A stretch of DNA of 64,000 bases, from the NCBI GenBank assembly GCA_001661245.1, contig KV454015.1, forward strand, positions 310,001-374,000. The letters are read 5' to 3'. Origin of the DNA: Pachysolen tannophilus NRRL Y-2460 (Eukaryota). Under the pieces are notes generated by a model. It worked only from the letters and a program-made list of their open reading frames with translations, was not told the origin of the DNA and did not search any database. Below are positions 57,323-64,000 of this stretch, in pieces (position 1 is the first letter of the stretch; each line of letters opens with the position of its first letter). Made by a program: the position numbers and the translations under genes.

Positions 57323-58426
57323 TTATTTGGTTATTTTTTGCCATTCTTTAAGTGCTTGTTCATAATCTTGTTCAACGTCCAAAGGTTTTTGTTGTAATTT
57401 TTCCAAAAGATTTGATCTTTCTTTTAATTCTATAGAATCATATTTTTCCTTTTCATCAACCCATCTTTCTTGAATATCAATATAATTATTATTTAATTTA
57501 TTCTCTGTTAAAACGCTTTGCCAAATATTATCTCCACCAAGTTCATTTGTACCAAAGACATACCCATTTGCCTTATCTATTATAGATAATATATTAATCA
57601 TTGATTTTTTATCTTCAATAGATAATACTTCAAATGAAATTAATCCAAAATCTTCAATTAATTCAGAAATCAGTTTTGTTAATTTGTTATAATTTTTATT
57701 AAATTCTAATTTTGATTGTAAACAAGAATTATAATTATTTTCTTCATTATTTAAATAAGGTAAAAGATATGAAAGATCTTGTACTTGAGTATAATAATTT
57801 AAATCAAATGGTAATCCATTTTTGAATTCTTCATCATCATCATCACCATCTTTATAAACTTCTTGTTCAATTAAATTCTTTAATAAATCAATCTTACTAA
57901 AAATATTAACTTGTGGTAAATCTAATTGTAACATTGATCGAAGTGTTAATAATAAAATACTAATATATTGTGAAGGTTTAATAATATTAATACAATCTAC
58001 TAATGAAACAACACATAATCTCATATCTAATTCTTTAACCAAATGATTAAATAAATGATTGAAAACATCATTATTGGTGAAAAGTTCAACTTGTCCAGGA
58101 CAATCAAATATTAAATAACATGATTCTTTATCATTTATTAATTTTTTAATTTGTTTTGTAAATAAATTTATCTTAGATCCAAATATTTCAAGAGCATATA
58201 TTAACCCACCATTTGGACCTAACCCTTCTTGATCCATTATCTCTTCCAAAGTAATATAATCCCGAATATCAATTTCAACATCATAAGGTAACCTATCATT
58301 AGCAGGATCTAAATTTATAACAAATGACATTCGTCCAATAGAATTTAAAAACTGGTTCATACCATTACAATAAGTGGATTTCCCGCATCCTGGGTGTCCT
58401 ATAACAACCTGACCATATGGAGCCAT
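57323..58426 (-). CDS. GPN2: GPN-loop GTPase 2
   Basis: YGQVVIG.PG.GKSTYC, NLDPAND, LGPNGGL, FDCPGQVELF, SKIDL and IDKANGY. Confidence 0.93.
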   Translation of the reverse strand: MAPYGQVVIGHPGCGKSTYCNGMNQFLNSIGRMSFVINLDPANDRLPYDVEIDIRDYITLEEIMDQEGLGPNGGLIYALEIFGSKINLFTKQIKKLINDKESCYLIFDCPGQVELFTNNDVFNHLFNHLVKELDMRLCVVSLVDCINIIKPSQYISILLLTLRSMLQLDLPQVNIFSKIDLLKNLIEQEVYKDGDDDDEEFKNGLPFDLNYYTQVQDLSYLLPYLNNEENNYNSCLQSKLEFNKNYNKLTKLISELIEDFGLISFEVLSIEDKKSMINILSIIDKANGYVFGTNELGGDNIWQSVLTENKLNNNYIDIQERWVDEKEKYDSIELKERSNLLEKLQQKPLDVEQDYEQALKEWQKITK

Positions 58427-58680
58427 CGCCTAACCGTCTTCAAACTTGTATAGTTTCCTTTGATTTAACTTCAACTCTTCCTCTTATTAATAAATTAAAA
58501 AATTTTAAATAATTTAAAGACAAAAAAAAAACAAAAAAATTTTGATCTAAATAGAAAATAACATCAATTTATCTTAAAATATTTATCTTAAATATTAAAT
58601 CGATAATTCACTATATATCAAGTGTCTGTGTGGTTTGGTTTGTTTTGGACTTTAAGATTAGTTTCTATAGTTGATTAAAG

Positions 58681-61665
58681 ATGGGACAGCAAAAAGTTGA
58701 AGATTTGGTTAGTCTTATGGGTGCCAGTGATGAGACAATAAAGGGTCTAGCTGCAAAGATTACTAGTAATGGCAGTGAGTTATCAGAAGAAGAAACATCA
58801 AAACTCAACAGTTTGGTGAAGTTGATGAATTTGTTGGATTTGGAGAATGATAAGATAAAGTCTAGTGGTGGTACAGATGGTGGTAATATCGACGATGCTG
58901 AGACAGAAAATGAAGATTTTGTTGAAATTAGAGAGGAGTTGGATGAACATGATAATATTACAAGTGCTGTAATTAGGCCACTGAAAACACTTGTTGCAGA
59001 GACTGTTAATAATAATGTTAGTACTGGAAATATAACAGGAACCAAGGAAGAAAGATCAAGTGATTTTCCAGGTGTTGATACAAGGGGGAAACTAGATGGA
59101 AAAAATGAAGAAACTATTAAGGATGAATTACTGCCACAAACTAAGATTTCTAGTTTAAAAATTGAAAACCTGAACCAAAAAATTGATGAAGATGATGATG
59201 ATGATACAGAGAAACAAATTAAGGAATTACTTCAAGAAATGTATATAACAGATGAAAAATTAAATCAAGAAAGTAGCAATAAAAATGATGAAAAGAAAAA
59301 ATTATTGACTGATTTTGAAATGAATTTAAAGGCTAAAATGTTTAGGAATACAAGAGCAGCTAATGCTAAAAAGGAAGAAGAGGAAATTTTATCAAAAGAT
59401 AAAAAAGATAAAATTATCCAAGAGAATAATTTGAATAACAAACATGTTACTTCTGTGGAAAAAAATTTAGAGGAAATTGAAACTCAATCGTCACCATCAA
59501 TTCCAGAAAATGCATTATTGGAGTTGGAATTAATAGCTACTGAAGAATTACTGGACAGTATGAACCAATTTGAAAATGAAGAAGAAGATAGTAGTTTTAA
59601 GTATGCTGATGATGAAGAATGGGATTTTGACTTTGATGAAGATGATGATGTAGATGATGATGATGACTACGATTATGAATTTTTCAAGAATGATAGTAAT
59701 GCTGATAATATGTTATGGAGTCAAATTAACGCCTTACGTGGAGCTAAAATAAAAGACGAATCTTCTTCTAACTCAAAAGCTAATCTGGTCTCCTCTGACT
59801 CAATTGAAGAAGTTTTGTTTACAAAAGAACCTGATACAAATAAAGTACCCAAGAAATCAAATTTAAAACAACCTTCTGAAACCAAAGAATCAGATCCAAA
59901 GAAACAGAAGAAACTGGTTTCATTTCTGGGAAATTTACAGATCAAAGAAATTGAAAATATAAGTTCGGAATTGAAGAATTACAACTATGAATTAAATGAA
60001 AATAATGAAAGTTATAGTTATGGTTTTGTTGATGACAATAATAGTAGCGATATCAGTTTCCATAATATGTTGTGGAATCAAATTAATACTTTACATAATA
60101 ATAATTCCTTTAAAAATGAACCAGATTCTGATGTCATTGATGTTCCCTCAGATATCGGATCAAGAAACATTGATTTATCAAATGGAGTTCATACACCACT
60201 GTTTAAAATCCCAAGCTCAGAATCATCTTCTTTCAAAAGTGGATCTCAAGAAAAGGTTAAAGCAGCTTCTTCTGCTGTAAACTTTCAAATTAAAGAAGTT
60301 GAAAACTTAGACGCAGCAAAATTAAATGATAATGATGATCATAAAGAACCAAGAATCTCCAAATTTAGACAAGCCAGATTAGTTAATCATAATAAACATG
60401 ACAAGAATAACAATCACGATAAAGTTGCTGATCATAAGATCATTGCTGAATCCTCTGAACCTGAGACTCCAATATTAGAACATGTCGTAGAAAGACCAAT
60501 AGTTGAAGATCCAAAATTAATGGAGAATTTGAATAATCATCATCAGGTTGAAGAATATTATGGTTTGAATAATGGTAACTCGACAACTGCCCATAAAACT
60601 AAAGATGCAAAGAAACAGTCCAGGTTCAAGCAAAGTAAGAATATGAAACTGGAGGCTATGTCTGGTTTTAGGAACCAAGAGTTAAATGATTTCATTCCTA
60701 CTCAATTGAGACTGGAAAATAAGATCCCAATTCTTGATGGAAAATATGAAGAACAATTTCAAGATGAAGAAAAATCCAAGGTTTCTCTGTTCAAACAAGA
60801 AAGTTTAAATAATAAAATTAATAATAATAATAGTATACCAGAGTTGAAACTAGGAAATATTTCTAAATTTTCTAAAAATATGAACTCGTTGAAGCAACCC
60901 AGTTTAAAACAAAAACAAGTTTCACAAAAGACCAACAATACTATTTCTGTTCCTGCTGTGGAACCTGAATGGAAAAAAAATGAGAAATCAGAAGAAGATA
61001 CCCATGGTAAAGGACAGTTAAAAAAAGTTGGACCTAATAGACCTGGAGCGTCAAATTCAAAAACAAATTATGTCACCACAGATGTCGTAGAAGTCATAGA
61101 ACCACCATTAAACTACTCAATGTTACAGGATGACATGGACGCTATGGCTAAAGCGTACGTTTCGGGAATGTACGATGACGATATAAAAGTCGATGGTGAA
61201 GTCATTGAGAAAATGGAAGATTTTGAAAAAGTTAATAAAATTATTGAAAAAAATGAAAGAAGGCCAATAAAAAAAGAAAGTGAAGAAAATAAAAGTGATG
61301 AGATTTATTATAATGACGATGATCAGGATAAAGTGGAACCTGAACTAGACGAGGACGACGAAGATGCAGAGGTTATGGTTGATCAAATCCTTGAACATGA
61401 ATTTAGTGATCATGACGATGAAATCGATGAGGACTTATCATTAACTCAAGATTTTTTGGCTCAAGAAGTTTCAATTGAGTATTCCAAGTTAAGGACAAAA
61501 ATGATTATGGAGAAAAACCAAAACTTTAAAAAATCTAAAGATGAAGAACAATTTATTCCAATTGATGAAATGGGTAACGATTTGAAAATAAGTAGATTCA
61601 GATCTGCCAGATTGGTTTTAAAAGATGATATCGCTAAAAATACTAAAAATACAGGGAATAACTAA
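58681..61665 (+). CDS. BUD27: Bud27/URI-like protein (acidic, DUF3835-type C-terminus)
   Basis: FVEIREELDE, MLWSQI, MAKAYVSGMYDDD..GEVIEK.EDF, repeated SRFK/SKFR motifs and terminal KISRFRSARL. Confidence 0.7.
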   Translation: MGQQKVEDLVSLMGASDETIKGLAAKITSNGSELSEEETSKLNSLVKLMNLLDLENDKIKSSGGTDGGNIDDAETENEDFVEIREELDEHDNITSAVIRPLKTLVAETVNNNVSTGNITGTKEERSSDFPGVDTRGKLDGKNEETIKDELLPQTKISSLKIENLNQKIDEDDDDDTEKQIKELLQEMYITDEKLNQESSNKNDEKKKLLTDFEMNLKAKMFRNTRAANAKKEEEEILSKDKKDKIIQENNLNNKHVTSVEKNLEEIETQSSPSIPENALLELELIATEELLDSMNQFENEEEDSSFKYADDEEWDFDFDEDDDVDDDDDYDYEFFKNDSNADNMLWSQINALRGAKIKDESSSNSKANLVSSDSIEEVLFTKEPDTNKVPKKSNLKQPSETKESDPKKQKKLVSFLGNLQIKEIENISSELKNYNYELNENNESYSYGFVDDNNSSDISFHNMLWNQINTLHNNNSFKNEPDSDVIDVPSDIGSRNIDLSNGVHTPLFKIPSSESSSFKSGSQEKVKAASSAVNFQIKEVENLDAAKLNDNDDHKEPRISKFRQARLVNHNKHDKNNNHDKVADHKIIAESSEPETPILEHVVERPIVEDPKLMENLNNHHQVEEYYGLNNGNSTTAHKTKDAKKQSRFKQSKNMKLEAMSGFRNQELNDFIPTQLRLENKIPILDGKYEEQFQDEEKSKVSLFKQESLNNKINNNNSIPELKLGNISKFSKNMNSLKQPSLKQKQVSQKTNNTISVPAVEPEWKKNEKSEEDTHGKGQLKKVGPNRPGASNSKTNYVTTDVVEVIEPPLNYSMLQDDMDAMAKAYVSGMYDDDIKVDGEVIEKMEDFEKVNKIIEKNERRPIKKESEENKSDEIYYNDDDQDKVEPELDEDDEDAEVMVDQILEHEFSDHDDEIDEDLSLTQDFLAQEVSIEYSKLRTKMIMEKNQNFKKSKDEEQFIPIDEMGNDLKISRFRSARLVLKDDIAKNTKNTGNN

Positions 61666-61919
61666 TTATATGATCTTCGAAATTGCATAATGTCCAACCA
61701 GATGTATATATATATATATATTTAAGTAAATTGTAATAATAAAAAGAAAAAAAAATATTAAATTGTTATAAATAAAGAAAAAAGACTAAAAGATATTAGA
61801 TATATGAAAAACATGAATGAAAGATAGAAAAAATAAAGTGATTGTACAAAAAAACTCCATTCCAACCCAAAGGAAAGTTCAAAAAGAAAAGAAAAAAAAA
61901 AAAAAAAAGAGGCATTAAA

Positions 61920-63281
61920 TTATGAAATGCTTCTGTTGACTACCCGCAAAGTTGTATGATTGGCCTCGTATCCAGGGAGCATAAAAGGTTCTTGTTTTAT
62001 TCTAAATGGTGTTTCTTCTATTGGAGTTAAATCTCTCTTTTGATTTGTCTTTTTAACTTTATTTTTTGGGAGAAATAATGTAGGAGAGTCGTTTGTTGAA
62101 ACACTTGAAGTTGATGAAGCCGAGAAAGATGACGTTAAAGAGTTTGCTGATGATAAATCTTTAAAAGACGATGATATTGAAGAAACTGGTGATGAGCCAC
62201 TAGAGTTTGTGTGTTGACTTCTATTATTCATAGAGCACTTTCTTGTAAATTTTGAGAAATCTATATTTTTATCAACTTCCTTTTTTATTAAAGATTTATC
62301 AACAACTTTTCTATAATTTATTTCTTTTGGTGTATTTTCCAGCTTTTTAGAATGAGTAAGTTTAGGGATTCCATGATTCATAAGGTTAACTTTATTTGTT
62401 GTTGGACTATTGCTATAATTCCTGAAAGAAGCCTGTGACAATCTTTTTACTGGAATATCTGGTAATGGCTTATAATTTCTTGCTCTTCTCTTTTGATCTT
62501 CAATTGATTTAAGATCAATCCTATTTAATTTTTCTTCATCTTTTTCATTAAAGGAAAAAGTTTCAGAGTTTGTATCTTCAAACCAGCCCTCAGCATCTTG
62601 AACACTAGAGGAAGGAGATGATGAACTGTAATTTAATTCAGGTACAGCAGTTAAGTCTGGTATTTCAGTCAATTCCGGTGTTAATGGTGTCTTTTCACCC
62701 ATATCACTATAATTATCTAGTATCTGGTTCAACAATTTTAAAGATTCTGAACTTTGTCTGAGTGTTTGTGATCTGTTTCCATATACCGGATTTTGTTGTT
62801 TTAAGAAATCTTCAGAATATACAGAAGATGACTTTCTCATATGAGATGGTGAAAAAGGTTTCTTAAGGACATCTTGTTGAAATATACTAGACGATCCTGG
62901 ATCACACATTGATGTAACTCTTAAACCTTTCTTTGAATGGTTTCTGTTTTTTGTCTCAAGATTATTTAAAAGATCAACTTGTGGTAAATTTGGTGGAGTA
63001 GATAAATCAAGATCATTTGTTAAAAAATTTGGCATGCAGCTAACCACTCTTCTCCTATCGTTCTTATTAAGTTTTTCTTTTCCTTCATAAAAACCAAACT
63101 TGATAAACGCAGGATTATAAAAAGATGCCGATAAAATTTTCCCCTTAGGAACATCCAGAGTCGTAATCTTGGATGATCTATGGTTATTAATGATAGTTGA
63201 TGAAATCCTCTCCAAACTCACTAATGGATCTTGGAAATCCTCCTCTTCGTTCAACTTTTGACCAACAAACTTTCTTCTCAT
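61920..63281 (-). CDS. Ser-rich uncharacterised protein, possibly Dse3-like
   Basis: 453-aa ORF. Start MRRKFVGQKL resembles the recalled Dse3 start (MPRKFLG), and DSE3 neighbours GPN2/RBL2 in S. cerevisiae. Identity tentative. Confidence 0.6.
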   Translation of the reverse strand: MRRKFVGQKLNEEEDFQDPLVSLERISSTIINNHRSSKITTLDVPKGKILSASFYNPAFIKFGFYEGKEKLNKNDRRRVVSCMPNFLTNDLDLSTPPNLPQVDLLNNLETKNRNHSKKGLRVTSMCDPGSSSIFQQDVLKKPFSPSHMRKSSSVYSEDFLKQQNPVYGNRSQTLRQSSESLKLLNQILDNYSDMGEKTPLTPELTEIPDLTAVPELNYSSSSPSSSVQDAEGWFEDTNSETFSFNEKDEEKLNRIDLKSIEDQKRRARNYKPLPDIPVKRLSQASFRNYSNSPTTNKVNLMNHGIPKLTHSKKLENTPKEINYRKVVDKSLIKKEVDKNIDFSKFTRKCSMNNRSQHTNSSGSSPVSSISSSFKDLSSANSLTSSFSASSTSSVSTNDSPTLFLPKNKVKKTNQKRDLTPIEETPFRIKQEPFMLPGYEANHTTLRVVNRSIS

Positions 63282-63740
63282 CCCTCTTTCTTTTGCTCAA
63301 TAAGTAAAACAATTGGAAAAAGAAACAATAAAAAGGCCTAAATTAAAATCAGGATCTTCTCTAAAATATATATTGAGACTCATCACAAATCATGAAAGAA
63401 CTGATGTTAAATGTATCTTTATGCAACTAAAGGTGGTTGGACTTCCAGGTTTTACCTCTTTTGGAATGTTTGCTATTTCTGAACACGACATTTTTGGTGT
63501 TCTGATAAGCAATTGTGTTCTGATATTCTGGTATTCTGAGTTTTTAGGTTTCGGAATGTATAAATGTCGGAATATCGGAATGTGATTTTTCATGTATTCT
63601 GAAATTTCTTTTCTTTTCTTTTCTTTTCTTTTTTTTTCTTAAAAAAAAAAAGAAACTGAAAATTTTTATAGTTGAAACATTTCCATTAATCATCGTTATC
63701 GTTATCGTTATCGTTATCTGCTACAACTAGTTTGAGTGAG

Positions 63741-64000
63741 ATGATGAAAGAGGAGGATATTGTAGCAGAGAAGATATCATCTTTGGGGTTGCAAGATGTG
63801 GAGACTTTGGACGTTAAGCCGAGTCTAGACACTAGAATAGGGAAAGACGATCCATTTGTATTTGGTCAAAGATTTTTAGAAAATGAAGATGATGTCTTTA
63901 GTCATAATGCTTGGGATCATGCGGAGTGGGGTGAAGAGCAAAGGCAAGAAGCTGAGCTGAAGATTCTGAAACAGTACGATGCTCCAGTCGATGAATTTGA
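63741..64000 (+). CDS. ABP140: tRNA m3C32 methyltransferase Trm140/Abp140, 5' part (runs off the window)
   Basis: Not in the ORF track. Manual translation MMKEED...RIGKDDPFVFGQRFLENEDDVFSHNAWDHAEWGEEQ... contains the METTL2/Trm140 FG.R.L....V..HNAWD motif. Confidence 0.88.
   Translation, partial: MMKEEDIVAEKISSLGLQDVETLDVKPSLDTRIGKDDPFVFGQRFLENEDDVFSHNAWDHAEWGEEQRQEAELKILKQYDAPVDEF

Noticed and set aside
102..63593. Numerous short ORFs overlapping or antisense to the main genes
   Set aside because: Shadow frames of real genes or microsatellite-derived; no independent coding signal.
13264..64000. Functional cluster of tRNA-modification genes (RIT1, DUS4, DUS3, TRM140)
   Set aside because: Spread over 50 kb in separate conserved synteny blocks; only DUS3 and DUS4 are adjacent.

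Overview
AT-rich, gene-dense chromosomal DNA from a budding yeast (Saccharomycotina), with about 28 protein-coding genes, three spliceosomal introns (CAT8, RPL31, YET3-like), many microsatellites and one 435-N assembly gap. Gene order: ABD1, DPB2, DBF2, BRR1-like, TAM41, FUM1, RIT1, AEP2, GPI12, CAT8, PSK1/2, a secreted Thr-rich CBM1 protein, a DUF4050/YLR407W-like gene, RXT3, an unknown gene, RPL31, DUS4, DUS3, YET3/BAP31, an ECM3-like transporter, an OYE, YVH1, MND2/APC15-like, COX10, RPN8, RBL2, GPN2, BUD27-like, a possible DSE3-like gene and the 5' end of TRM140/ABP140. Three observations stand out. (1) The convergent DUS3 and YET3 genes have swapped their 3' ends through a ~456-bp inversion (~44105-44560) that keeps both reading frames open, giving two reciprocal chimeric proteins. 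(2) CTG codons fall at positions that read best as alanine, indicating the CUG-Ala genetic code (Pachysolen-like clade), so the supplied translations are probably wrong at CTG. (3) A non-catalytic mucin-like secreted protein with a fungal cellulose-binding module (CBM1) lies behind a 3-kb promoter. All gene identities come from recalled motifs and synteny; no database search was run.
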